In this document: piece after piece, positions 1 through 10,860 of the stretch
Layout: the number at the start of each line of letters is the position of its first letter
Position numbering within the stretch: position 1 is the first letter of the stretch
Source: Halocafeteria seosinensis
Taxonomy: Eukaryota
Reading direction: 5' to 3'
Assembly (NCBI GenBank): GCA_001687465.1
Contig: LVLI01000129.1
Location: 1-32,785, forward strand
DNA: 32,785 nt
The notes under the pieces: model-generated
What the model was told of the DNA's origin: nothing
The model's database searches: none
The model's input: only the letters and a program-made list of their open reading frames with translations
Made by a program: the position numbers and the translations under genes

Positions 1-866
1 CACTGGTATACCGGGTTGACAAGCTCCACGGCAATCTTGAACTGCGAAGAATAGCGGTGCAATCGAGCATTCATGACCGATGGTGTCCATTGGAATCCGC
101 TGATGAAACCACTTGGTCCATTTGTTTGGTTTGAGGCCAAATCCCTCCCCCTGTTCCACTACACTCTGGTTCCAGTCATCCCAACACCTTCCTACAGTTT
201 CCTCTAAAAGCACATCTACAGATTCGTACGTAAAAGAGTATCCAAGTGCTCGCATGAACTTGATTTGGGAAGCACGCATGGTGGCAACATCATATCTTTT
301 CTCTTCAGAACCTGTACACAGCAATACAGTTCAGAATCAACAAGTGACAGAGACGTCGACACGCAGTTCCAGCAATGTTGTATCACTTTTCCTCCCTTCT
401 ATGCTGTTGCCATTTCCGCCTCATCCCGAAGGCCGTCTACCAAAAAAGCTTCGGGTACAACAAACGCCTTCTCTTTCAAACGACAAGAAACGAAGTGTGC
501 ATGGTCGAAAGCCGCCATCCGCGATACCACTTGACTCCCTTGGTAGCAACATCCACGCAGCAAGCACGTTTAAGAAGACCCAGGAGAAAAAAAAACAAAA
601 AAACAAACTCATTGCTGGATCACTCTCCCCATGCCCCTGATTTCGGTAAAACAACGACCCTGATCAAGTAGTCCACCAAGAAAGATCGGGGTACAACAAA
701 CGCCTTCTCTTGGGCGCGACAAAAAAGGTAAGTTTGGAGGGCTCTAACCCTTTGGCTTTCGACCCCAATCCATTATTTAAAAAGACACAACTCGTTGCTA
801 GATCACTATCCCTACGTTTCCTTCCTTCCCGCTGGAAAACAACCAAAAAACGTCCGGGCATAACCC

Positions 867-1520
867 TTAGAAACGCCAAAAAGGTGGAGGCATACACACC
901 GTTCCTTCGCGAGAGGAACAAAACTTGCGGTCCCTTCCAATCATCTTTAACACACACACATAGGATCTCAGCAAAGCACTCAAACGCACCAAATATCTAT
1001 GGATGTGTGCGAACTTACCTATCTCGTGTGCGCATAGTTTTCTAATCAAGGCACACAGCGCATCGGTCAGCGTGGGTACTGAGAGACGCGGCTCCTCAAA
1101 AAGCAGACCAGATTCAGACTCTCTGTTATCATTCTTCCACTGTTCAACTTTCTGTTTCATTGTGTGTCTCTCATCGGGAGGGTACAAATCCTTGAGGCGT
1201 TTCTCTTCATACGCATCGCAAGCCCCATAGTCACCCAAAAGGAAACAAGCCACGACAACCTTGTGCTTCAGCTCGTTTCGTTGGACGTTAGTAAGGGGCT
1301 CATTCGTTTCCTCCGAACATAGAAGCTTTTTCACTTTTTTAATATCTTTGGACGCAATACTTCTCTTCTTACTCAAACATTTTGCAATCTCTTTGGAGAA
1401 GGTAGTCTGCTCAGCTGCGATGTTCACTTTGCATTCGTCCGGTATAAACCAATCAGGAATCCCTTTCACTGCTTTGGATAGTACCAACTTTGGCGCTTCC
1501 TCTTGAGCTGCAGCTGCCAT
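867..1520 (-). CDS. Hypothetical host protein (217 aa)
   Basis: Long ORF with a plausible ATG (MAAAAQEE) and protein-like composition; no family recognised. Confidence 0.35.
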   Translation of the reverse strand: MAAAAQEEAPKLVLSKAVKGIPDWFIPDECKVNIAAEQTTFSKEIAKCLSKKRSIASKDIKKVKKLLCSEETNEPLTNVQRNELKHKVVVACFLLGDYGACDAYEEKRLKDLYPPDERHTMKQKVEQWKNDNRESESGLLFEEPRLSVPTLTDALCALIRKLCAHEIGKFAHIHRYLVRLSALLRSYVCVLKMIGRDRKFCSSREGTVCMPPPFWRF

Positions 1521-1989
1521 TCTGGTGCTATTGTCAAATTAGTTGGTGTGTTTAAACGTGTAGTAGTAGCTAACTTCTGCAGGGGCAGCCTGGGGGCTAA
1601 ACGGCTCCGAAAGTCAGTCCTGCCAACTACCTGGTGTGGTTGTACACTGCAATAAAGCGTCACCCTGAGCACAAAGGGTCTGTTTGCTTCTCTGTCTTGA
1701 AACAAATACCTGTACAACCCTTTTGATGGACCATCCTGTACTGGGAGTGAAGTCAAGACTTAGAAGTTCAAGTCGAACCCCCTATATACAAAGTGATATT
1801 GCAAACGTTTCCTGATCTAACATGCATCTAATATTGTTGGGGTAAATTTAAGTATCTCAGTTGTGTGAGTGATTGTGTTCTTGCTCCAAGAGATGTCAAT
1901 GGGAGAGGAACGACTCGAGGGTGCCCGCCAGCACTGCCCGGGCCCCGGATAAAAAAGGCTTGGTGTTGAAGCTGCCCTCCCCCCGTCAA

Positions 1990-2160
1990 ACCTAGTCAGA
2001 GAGTCGAATGCATGGCTATACGCAGCGCCAAGCAAGGAAAGGATTTTCACTAACCGATGCCGAGTACATGGTAGCACTGCACCTGCGCCTAGGGCTCCCC
2101 AGAACAAACCTGTTTATGGGGCCGTCTGGTCAATGCTGTGGAAGGGCCGCTCGACGAGCT
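1990..2160 (+). mobile_element. Degenerate fragment of a CRE-like (RLE-clade) non-LTR retrotransposon, region between RT and zinc knuckle
   Basis: Frameshifted translation SNAWLYAAP...FSLTDAEYMVALHLRLGLP...QCCG resembles the AWL..P / L...EF..ALRLRLGLP..C.CG motif of CRE-type elements. Confidence 0.6.
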
Positions 2161-2209
2161 GCTGCACCACGCACTGGTATGCGTCCAAATGTAGCATTTC
2201 CGAGAACAG

Positions 2210-2779
2210 TTGTTCACTGTTAGGTTTTTGGGAGGTACTGTATTTACGTGGATTAATATCTTAACACACGTACACGTACAGAAACTTCTTTTTCAAGCTG
2301 GGGTTCAATTCGGCAACAAGCACAATGATGTTCACCAAAGGTCGATCGGACAGGTGACCTTCCATTGTTGCGATGGTAAAGTGAACCTAACCGGGCACAC
2401 AGATGCAGTCATTGCCAAATGTCGACAGGCTCGGGAGGCACCATTTGGCACTGCGAAGGTAGCTTTCGAGTTTAAGACTTCCGCTTCTTTGAGTTACCAG
2501 AAAGCCAAACCCCAGGCCATAGGGAAGCTGCTACTTCTGTCAGAGGTGTCAACTCAAAATGTTCTTGTCATTGTCACCGATGCTGCCGAGACCGCACATG
2601 CGTTTCAACTCAACGGAAACGCTTTAGAAATATTTGATCGCCTTTCGATTGCGGAAATGGTGCAGACTATTGAAGATTACTATGCAGCGGCCTATCTTTT
2701 CAACTCGTTTGTAGCAAACAATGGGCTGTTTCTCGAACCCTCAGATGAATGTTCTCCGCCCGATTCGATGAACATCTGA
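2210..2779 (+). CDS. Crinkler-like restriction-endonuclease-fold (PD-(D/E)xK) domain, possibly a fragment
   Basis: LTGHTDAVI...AFEFKT...KPQAIGKLL fits the G.TD...E.K...Q pattern of CR-REase domains; non-ATG start. Confidence 0.5.
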   Translation: MFTVRFLGGTVFTWINILTHVHVQKLLFQAGVQFGNKHNDVHQRSIGQVTFHCCDGKVNLTGHTDAVIAKCRQAREAPFGTAKVAFEFKTSASLSYQKAKPQAIGKLLLLSEVSTQNVLVIVTDAAETAHAFQLNGNALEIFDRLSIAEMVQTIEDYYAAAYLFNSFVANNGLFLEPSDECSPPDSMNI

Positions 2780-3460
2780 AGTCGACAGTCAAAGAGTGGA
2801 TTAAGCATCGATCATAGTCGGAAATCAATATATTGAAGGAGTTGCCAACAGGAATGGGAATACCACTTGTCATCAAAGTCGCGGAAAAACAACTGCAAAG
2901 AGTTTGGGAGAATGTGAAGAGCAACATTCTGTTTTGTCGCGGGAGTGGCTATGAATAGAGGAGCTTTGTCAGTATGATCATAGCGGCTTACTTTGAATGG
3001 GCGGGGTTGATTGCCGAAGAACTTGTGCGGGACGTGTCTAGCAGCAGACGCGAAAACGTTGAAGACGTCTGGCGAATGGTGCTATTATTATTTCTCCGCA
3101 ATGGAATCAATTCCTCCAATTATTTACAAACGAAAAGAGACCTAATGACGACATTGTGAAACGCCAGAAAAAACTCAAACTGTATTACCAAAAACGCACA
3201 GGTGTATCAGCCGAGCAGCAAGAAACGCTCCAGTTTGTTGTCTGCTTCGATGAAGCACAAATGGTGGCATCCAGGAACTATGCAATACTTGAAGAGGACC
3301 ACGAAAAGTAGCTCGTTGTTTCGAATTTTCTTGGACGAAATCAAATCACTCAGCGAGACCAGTTTTGTGGTGTTAAGTGGAACAGGAGTGAGAGCGTCCG
3401 TAATAGCTGAAGATACACTATGACCTATCCAAGAGGTGGTCGTTCGTCTGTCTGTAAAAA
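2780..3460 (+). pseudogene. Degraded Crinkler-like NTPase fragment
   Basis: Broken ORFs with IFLDEIK (Walker-B-like) followed by VVLSGTG; several stops and frameshifts. Confidence 0.3.
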
Positions 3461-4422
3461 CCACGTTTGGTGTGGAGGAAGTAAAACAAGTGTTATATGG
3501 CTATCTAAAAGATGAGGTTGTCGCGTCTTTATCAGACGACGTATCATCACACTTTGTGGCCAGGAAATTTTCTTGTATAAGTCCCCTTACGATTTCGAAG
3601 TGATTCTTAAGTCGTCTCCAACGTACTGCATGGTATGAAAGTCCGGACATGTTACACATGTTCCGTTTCTCTTCAGTGAGAAGAAAATGGGTCAGATCCA
3701 GCATACCACTGTACCAAGTTTCATGCACGCATCGGAACTCCTGCCTCAGTGTCTTACAAAGAACTTTATAAATACGTTGGACGTACAGTACTGTGTTCCC
3801 AATCTGCATAGCTACGAAATTGCTCTTCAGTTCATCAGCACCTAAGCCTATGTTAAGACAACGACGCCTCCAGATTCAAAGTATCAGAAAACAGCTACAT
3901 CCCTCAGTCACTAGAAGTCGACCAATTCGTACGTCCAACACTATGCACGCAGCATACTGATAGTATGTTTTGCAGTTCCTTTTTGCAACTACTGCCTTAG
4001 CGTATACGTACACACTTTGAATCATTTCGTCGAATCCGTTCGGTACTGCCCTGTCGGTACGCTATACACGCACTTACGCGTAGTGTATTTCATCCCGTCG
4101 TCTGGTCTCCAAGGCAAGATTGAAGTCCACAATGTCTTCATCGCCAGTGTCCCTCCTCCTCGATGGCAATACTGCCATTATCACTGGGTACTATACGTGC
4201 ATACCTGGTAAACCCCGTCTAAATGGCAATACATGTATGCTGCAGCCTACAGGGAGTCCCAGAGACGTTCGCCTTCACAAAGGACTCAAGAGTCTCGGGT
4301 ATGGGACAATGTGGGCCTTGCCGGGTTGATCCAGCACTGTTACGGCATCAGATGTATTGCTTGTACTGTTTCTTTGGGTGTGTACCACTAAGACAGACCG
4401 ACAGAACGAGTGGATAAAGGAA

Positions 4423-5324
4423 ATGGAGCTTGAGAGACGAGTGAGGGACCTGGAGCGTAAGGCGCATCAAGTGCCTTCTAACGACGATAATACAAGCCAT
4501 GGTGGCTCCCATTCAGATACCAAGACGCGCAAGACTCCAACAGGGAGCCAACTTGAACGCGTCCGCTCGGCAATAATAAATACCTATGGAATGCTAGGGT
4601 AGGTCAAGGATATTTGATGGACATTATGGACTATGATTATGATGATGTGTGCGTGTCTGCTTATGATGCAGTTGTGCTCTCTATCGTGTGCCAGAAGACT
4701 ATTACCAGAGGACCCTGCACGAACGAGCGTAAGTAGTGCTCAGCACTGATGGTAACCACGGCTAGTGCATCTACCTCATGTATATGGTTTTAATACTTCT
4801 AATGATGAGACAGTGTCCTGTTACAAAGCCCGGTGGAGAGTTTATGTAAAACGATGATTATAGAAAACACACTTGCCCCAAAGGATGATGATGTCCCTAA
4901 TACTAAGGATCCTCTGAAGAGCCGGTATTTCGCGGTCCTGTTGCAATATTGCACGAAACTGGAAACGGAGCGCCTATCCAAACAACTTCGGGCACTTGCA
5001 TTGGAAACGTATGACCAAGAACAAGCCCCGCCGTATAAATTGAAGATGGCAGATCAGCAAGACTCATATAGATTGACGGGGTATGGATTCAATGCTGTGA
5101 CTCCATTCGGAACAACGTACGGTCTTCCTCTTATAGTTTCGCGAAATATTGAAGCAATGCGAGCGCGGAACATGTTTAGATTCGTATGGCTTGGTGGAGG
5201 AGATGTCGATTTGAAGCTTCGGATGTTCATGAACCAGCTGCTTAACAAGTATCAGCCAGCGCTCTTTGTGATTGATTGCACGTCTGAACGAGAGGACTAC
5301 GACAATGAAGACGAAAGTATTTAG
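4423..5324 (+). CDS. YbaK/ProX (aminoacyl-tRNA deacylase-associated domain) protein, 3 exons: 4423-4598, 4672-4728, 4814-5324
   Basis: Removing GT-AG introns 4599-4671 and 4729-4813 gives a continuous frame ...YGMLGCALYRVPEDYYQRTLHERAVLLQSPVESLCKTMIIENT...LTGYGFNAVTPFG...WLGGGDVDLKL, typical of eukaryotic YbaK-like proteins. Confidence 0.85.
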
Positions 5325-5854
5325 TCTCATACGACCCGTTACGAAGAGTATGCGGGAACAAGCAGTGCATGAGAGTGCTTCAAAGGGGGAATTCGAAACG
5401 TCCTGGCACGTCATGACTCATCAGTTTATTCATGGTACACTCGCCGGCCAACTCGAACTTAGGTATTGAACTCTGCCAGGAACTCGGCTGAGAGTGTAGA
5501 CTAGCGACTCAGAGATTAGCTCCTCGATAACAAGCTCTTGTTTGCATTCTTAGCTTCTAGTTAAGAGATTGCTGGTAGTTCGGCGTTTGTTGTCGTGGTC
5601 TTAGAAAACAGTGATATGACCACCAACTCTAGAACTGGTTTATCTATGCAACGTTTTACCAACGTAATGAGAATAAACTCAGGGCCCATTTCTACCATGT
5701 TCTACAAGCAAAGTAAGCCAGTGGCGCCGCACTACTAATAATTGCAGTGCAAGCATTCTCTACAGGATTTACTTGTCGCCATGTTGGCATATGGCTCATG
5801 TGGAACGCACAAGTAGATCCTTCCGCAGACTCGTTACACCCTGCTGGCATCATG

Positions 5855-6680
5855 GCCCAAGGCCAGCTCCCGCGTGCCCTGGGTTGCCCTTGGAAGCGCC
5901 ATCGGTCTGGCAGAGTAGTCCCTCGAAGACATCCGTTTCGTTTATGACTGGTGGAAGGTCTGCTGCGCACATCAGTACCAGCTCCGAGAGTACAGGCTCC
6001 ATCACTGAGGATTGTGATTCCGATGGCGGCTGCGCGATTGGCAAGGCCGGAAGGGGTTCAGCGGGATACATGTTACATGTATCAACCTGATGTTGAAGCT
6101 GAGGCGGTTGAGGTGCTGCTTGCGCCACATTGCCTCCGTCGTCGGAGGATTGTTGACGCCTTCTATCTGGGTAGTGAAGTCGTGAAATGATCCGCAAAAG
6201 GAGTCCACCATTTTGCACTTGACCGGCGTGACCAGGTAACCCCGAGTGAGGAGATGAGCTTTTGTTTTCACTTGCTTTCACGAATCGTGCGGCACCTAGC
6301 GGCACCACGACTTCAGTCAGGCGACCCACCAGGTCCAACAATGTCTTGGAGAAGCCTCCGTACGCCACAATGGGAGCCGGGAGGAAAACAGCTTTCTGGT
6401 TAGTAACATTGACCGCATATGTTGATTGTTTGACGGCCCGCTGGCTCTTTTGGCTTCGGTGTTTACATTTACCACTGTGGCATCAGACCATGTAAGCTCG
6501 TCATTCAGTATGAAGACTAGATCCATCACCTTGGGCCTTGGTTCAGGTGCGTTGTTGACCTCTTCTCAAGGGTACTTCCCGTTCCACCCGCAGACCATGT
6601 CCTCTCATCCATTGGAAGAGCTTACCCCGGATTGCATGGTGTCTATCGGTACACAGGAAGGACATGGGACCCATTAAGCA
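5855..6680 (-). mobile_element. Non-LTR retrotransposon, inverted upstream segment: restriction-like endonuclease (RLE) plus N-terminus of archaeal-type RNase H
   Basis: Minus strand gives C..DRHHAIRGKLFQWMRGHGLRVEREVP, MDLVF...WSDATVV and PIVAYGGFS (RLE motifs), then TDGASKGNPGHAGAG (RNase H motif I); frameshifted. Confidence 0.75.
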
Positions 6681-6689
6681 AGCCAGCGC

Positions 6690-7556
6690 GTGTTCTAGAG
6701 GGGGAGTGACCAGCTCCTGTGTACACCAGCCACGGTGGACGTCCGCATGGAATGCGACTCACAAACGATGGTGGATCACATGAATAAGCTCATCCCGCTC
6801 TTCGAGAGGGCACGGACTGAATGATTCCACATTAAGAACCTCCCAATGGTGAGGAGCGCAGAGATTAGGTTCATACGCAGGGCTTCAAACTCGGCTGCCG
6901 ACCGCTTGGCTAAGACCGCGTCAAACAACCCAGTGGGTAATGGTTCCTCTTGCTTAGACTGGCCGCCTAGAGCTACACACACGGTAGACGATGTCGAGAA
7001 CTTTATCGACTTCAGCCTCCACGACAAGCGGATCCTCGTCCACTGGAAGGGCTACCAAGAGGCAGCACGGACGTGGGAACCGGCTTCGTGGCTTCAGAAG
7101 GACCTGGGTAGCCGCACCTTCTTCGATCTCGAGCAGGAGATGTACTTCAATCTGGGCTATGATGACGAAACTGAGGTGGACGGAATTCCTGGGGAGCCAC
7201 CTCCCGCGTCAGGTGGTGGCTTGTCATTGGTCACAACTGTTGCGTCGGGAACAACACTTCACCCTGCCTGCGCTGCTGCAACCGCTCTTGGCGTCGGCGC
7301 CGCTGTGGCAGGCTCAGGGTCTTCTCCTGCCAGACTGAGCCTTGTCGGTACCTCTGACATTGTGGGCGCAGGCATGGCTCCTCCCCCGATGCCTCCTGAG
7401 CATAACCAGTGTTGTGTTCCCTCACGGCGCATATCAGCAAGGCTGCAGGAACAGCGGGCCCGTCGCTGCTTAACACGGGCGCATACCGCTCCTCGTTAAG
7501 AGGATGCGGTCAACTTCCCCGCCGGTGGGCTATCTGTCACATTGGTGTGTGTGTGT
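6690..7556 (+). mobile_element. Non-LTR retrotransposon 3' segment: RNase H C-terminal half, chromodomain, 3' UTR and (GT)n tail
   Basis: VRMECDSQTMVDHMN and IRRASNSAADRLAK (RNase H); ILVHWKGYQEAARTWEP (chromodomain); ends in a GT repeat at 7545-7556, the same end as the second copy at 9893-10114. Confidence 0.8.
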
Positions 7557-7745
7557 GGTGTAGTAACACATTGTCCACGAGAATCGTTCAGGCACTTCCA
7601 CAGATCCCGCTGCAACGTGTCTGTAGTCGCGTAGCGTCACTGATCACACAGCACGTATTACTCCGGTAGAGTTCACATCAAACCCACTTCCCAAACAAAT
7701 TTTCCAGCAACAAACCCTTCATCGGGCCCCCCTTCACGCGCCCCG

Positions 7746-7940
7746 CGGGAAGGTACGTATCAAGTTTTCGAAGTTCGGCTTCCCCAAACCTTCCCCACGG
7801 GGATTGGGGATGGTCTGCTTTCCCCTCCCCAGTTGGGGATCGGGAAGGTACGTATCCAGTTTTCGAAGTTCGGCTTCCCCAAACCTTCCCCACGGGGATT
7901 GGGGATGGTCTGGGGAGCTTTCCCCTCCCCAGTTGGGGAT
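7746..7940. repeat. Tandem duplication of a ~95-100 bp G/C-tract-rich unit (2 copies)
   Basis: 7746-7840 and 7841-7940 both start CGGGAAGGTACGTATC and end AGTTGGGGAT; copy 2 has a 5-bp insertion. Confidence 0.9.
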
Positions 7941-8406
7941 CTGCTTTTTTTTCGGTCCCAACAACCCTAGACCTCGGTGCATGCATGGGACCAGAACCAA
8001 ATGGTCAAATTGCACGAGCACGAGCCTTTTTTCCGGATAACGCAAGCATAAGAAAATTGCTTGATACAGTGCGTGGGGGCCAACCGCAATGCAAGAATCC
8101 TTGGGAAAGGCTTATGGCTGGGGGGTCAATTGAACGCTATTTAGCCAAGGTGACACGCGGACCTTGTCCCTAGGTCATCCCCTCTCACCTGCGTACTCGA
8201 GCAGTTCTTCCGACTGTAACCCAGCAAGAAAGAGAGTCGACATCGAAGCGTGTTGAACCTATCCCAGTCTAGGGCATCCATCGATGGACATGTGGTAAGC
8301 CATTGCTCCAGAGTTTCGAGTCTCTTCGGACCCTTTTAGCTAGTACAGAGCAACCGCAGACCTAAGCAGTGAATGTCAAGTCAGGATACCTTTTCAATCC
8401 CAAGAC

Positions 8407-9145
8407 GTGGGTGATCCCACGGCAAGTGCTGCTCGGACAGAAACGTGCGGCGCTGTTCCTTTGACATATCAGGCTTTGGCGTCTCCTAGTGCCCACGTAC
8501 CCGCAGATGACCTCAATGAAAGAATTCAGGTGGTCTCGCGAAACGCGCCAAAGAAAATGGAAAAAGTCCGTCAAGACCTTCAGGCACTCATCGGCACCCA
8601 TCAACAAGTGTTGGACTTGGACGTTACTTCGCGAACCACCGACGACGAACTTAGGCAACTCTCCCCTTTCTATCCCGTTGGGAATATTCCTGTAGATCAA
8701 TTTGTGACTGGTTTCGAGGATAGTCTCAGTAAGACCGTTGAGGGAGTTTGGCAAGGACTGAAGACATTTGAAGGAAACGAGAAGACTTGTCCGCAAATTC
8801 AAAGTGACAAACATGAAAGGAATAAAGCGTACAACAAAAAAATTTGGAAAGGTCCTTGGACACTATTGGGATGGCTCCAAAGTGTTCACCTATCCTGAAG
8901 CACGCCGCGATATTTATATCCCGGTTTATCGATGGGTGCTGCAAACCAAGCTCACAGACGTAGTGCGCCGTCGCTTAATCCAGCCGCTATTACAAGGTGA
9001 CGCCATCATTCTTCGTGACTTCCACTGTAATGGCGATTGGAAAAAACATAAGGTACTGTCTCATGCGCAAGTATTAAAAGCCTACGTCTTAGAGCTTGCA
9101 CGAAAGCAGTGGAGCAACGACCATCACGAAGAGATATGCAGATAG
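8407..9145 (+). pseudogene. DUF6939-like protein, frameshifted near 8775-8800
   Basis: LDVTS...LSPFYPVGNIPV...VEGVWQGLKTFE in one frame and MKGIKRTTKKFGKVLGH...EARRDIYIPVYRWVL...LSHAQVLKAY in the other; together they match my recollection of this mostly bacterial family. Confidence 0.65.
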
Positions 9146-9766
9146 AAGCTGAGCTGACGCATCCAATTCATCATCTGCCTGCCTCCCCTTTTAGATGCTA
9201 TCTATTGAAACCGGTAAATACGTCAATAGTGGATGCCGAACCTTAGAATCACTTGTAAAATCAACTGTTCCAACCGCATCACGGACGAAATTGAATACAC
9301 GAGAAGTGATCAACAACTCTGTAGTGGATGGTTTCGGGAGCAACAACTTGCCGGCAAGTGAGGCGATTGTAAAGCCCAATTTCCTCATCGCCCATGACCC
9401 GCTGCAAAAAACAAGTTAACTTCCATTTCTCGAGACACTTACGTGTAAGAGCACATACTTTTCATCCTTCCTTTGCAGAATTGGACTTGGGACCGAAGAG
9501 CAATTGCTTCCACTCATTGGTTTGCACGAAGACGTACACGTAGCGATTGGCTTCACTGGATTGCAATGCTCCCCTTTCCATTTGAATTTCGCTGCCTGAG
9601 AATCGATTCTTTCCGAGGCTTTAGGGATCGAGAACATGGTGCATGCTTCCATGTGCATCGAATTCATCACGGACGGTTTACTTCTGTAGAGAGAGTCGGA
9701 CTCGTTGCCCAAAGTACTTGCCCCCCCCTCCTAGCTCACACTAAAGCGGCAATAAGAGAATAATAT

Positions 9767-10201
9767 GAGGAAAATGGGGCATTTGCGATACATCCGAATA
9801 TAATAGGGGATTATCCTCTAAATTTTATAGCACGGGGTCAAACCCTAAATCCACGGGGAACCTACTACCTTTAGTCCTACACTGTATACTCTCTCACACA
9901 CACAAATGTGACAGATAGCCCACCGGCCGGGAAGTTGACCACAACCTCTTAACGAGGAGCGGTAACCGCCCGTGTTAAGCAGCGACGGGCCCGCTGTTCC
10001 TGCAGCCTTGCTGACATGCGCCGTGGGGGAACACAGCACTGGTTAAGCTCAGGAGGCATCGGGGGAGGAGCCATGCCTGCGCCCACAATGTCAGAGGTAC
10101 CGACAAGGCTCAGTATACTCTAGGGCTTAATCCTCTATAATAAAACTTAGGGGTTTATCCTCAATCATACAGGGACGTATCCCACATAACCCATTTTCCT
10201 C
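9767..10201. mobile_element. Foldback/MITE-like element A (Mutator-like termini), interrupted by a retrotransposon fragment
   Basis: Termini GAGGAAAATGGG ... CCCATTTTCCTC; arms are imperfect inverted repeats and homologous to 21456-21662. No TSD found. Confidence 0.7.
9893..10114 (-). mobile_element. 5'-truncated copy of the chromodomain non-LTR element with target-site duplication
   Basis: Reverse complement of 7334-7556 (about 10 mismatches by eye) with (GT)n tail; flanked by GTATACTCT at 9884-9892 and 10113-10121. Confidence 0.9.
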
Positions 10202-10208
10202 GTCGTTG

Positions 10209-10288
10209 TGAAAGCGTGGAGTTTCGTTTAATTTATTGAAAGCGATTTTAGTATCGGCTACTAAATCCATTGGGTCACTTACGTTGGT
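10209..10288 (-). repeat. 80-bp internal fragment of the viral lipase gene
   Basis: Reverse complement of 16596-16675 with one synonymous difference (TNVSDPMDLVADTKIAFNKLNETPRF). Confidence 0.92.
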
Positions 10289-10417
10289 GTATCTGGGCAT
10301 TTCTGCTAAGTCCATAGCGACTACATTGGCTGGAAACTCAGAAATTACTTTACGACGAGTAAAGTTTTTCTGTACAGGTTTATGGAGCTCCTTAGCGAGT
10401 TGTTTAAATTGTGGCAT
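10289..10417 (-). pseudogene. Truncated retroviral-type (rve) integrase N-terminus, Polinton/Mavirus type
   Basis: LAKELHKPVQKNFTRRKVI...VAMDLAEM matches the ELHKP.RK.F.RR.V......ADL.DM start of Polinton integrases, including the first catalytic Asp; fused to the lipase fragment. Confidence 0.8.
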
Positions 10418-10597
10418 TGCTATATATAAGATGCTTTAGAAAATAAGATGCTTTCTTTAACGTATTACAGCGTTGCCTCGAACCCTGTAATAGCACCTAC
10501 AAGCGACTTAACCACGTGAAAGATACAAGCGAATTAAAATAATTCTATAGCATGTAGCTTTCAAGCGAAGCGGGGCAGAGCTTTTACGATGTATTTG

Positions 10598-10745
10598 GCT
10601 TGTAGTGCGTAACTACAATGACCGAGGACAGATGCTTTAAAAACCATCTGTATTACTTCAAACTCAAATAATTTTATTTCGCTGGTGGTTTGCGCGGTTA
10701 TTTCGCTTGTAGTGCGTGACTACAATGACCGAGGCGTCATTGAGC
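10598..10745 (-). repeat. Viral intergenic palindromic repeat: one long copy (10628-10745) plus a partial copy (10598-10627)
   Basis: Reverse complement reads GCTCAATGACGCCTCGGTCATTGTAGTCACGCACTACAAGCGAAATA...GAAGTAATACAGATGG...CATCTGT. Confidence 0.9.
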
Positions 10746-10860
10746 TTCACAACCTTGCTCAAACGAAAGAGTGTTAATTCACCAAAACTGAAAACACTCT
10801 TTACTTCTGCGTTTATACAATAGAGTTTTCACTTTTTCTGAAAAGAAAGTATATAGAGCT

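Noticed and set aside
113..1045. Several overlapping short ORFs
   Set aside because: Mostly non-ATG starts, low complexity and no recognisable motifs.
7678..8045. Overlapping ORFs with repeated peptides
   Set aside because: By-products of the non-coding tandem duplication, open on both strands.
7334..10114. Inverted pair 7334-7556 / 9893-10114 as TIRs or LTRs of one element
   Set aside because: The second copy has its own TSD and tail, so it is an independent 5'-truncated retroposition.
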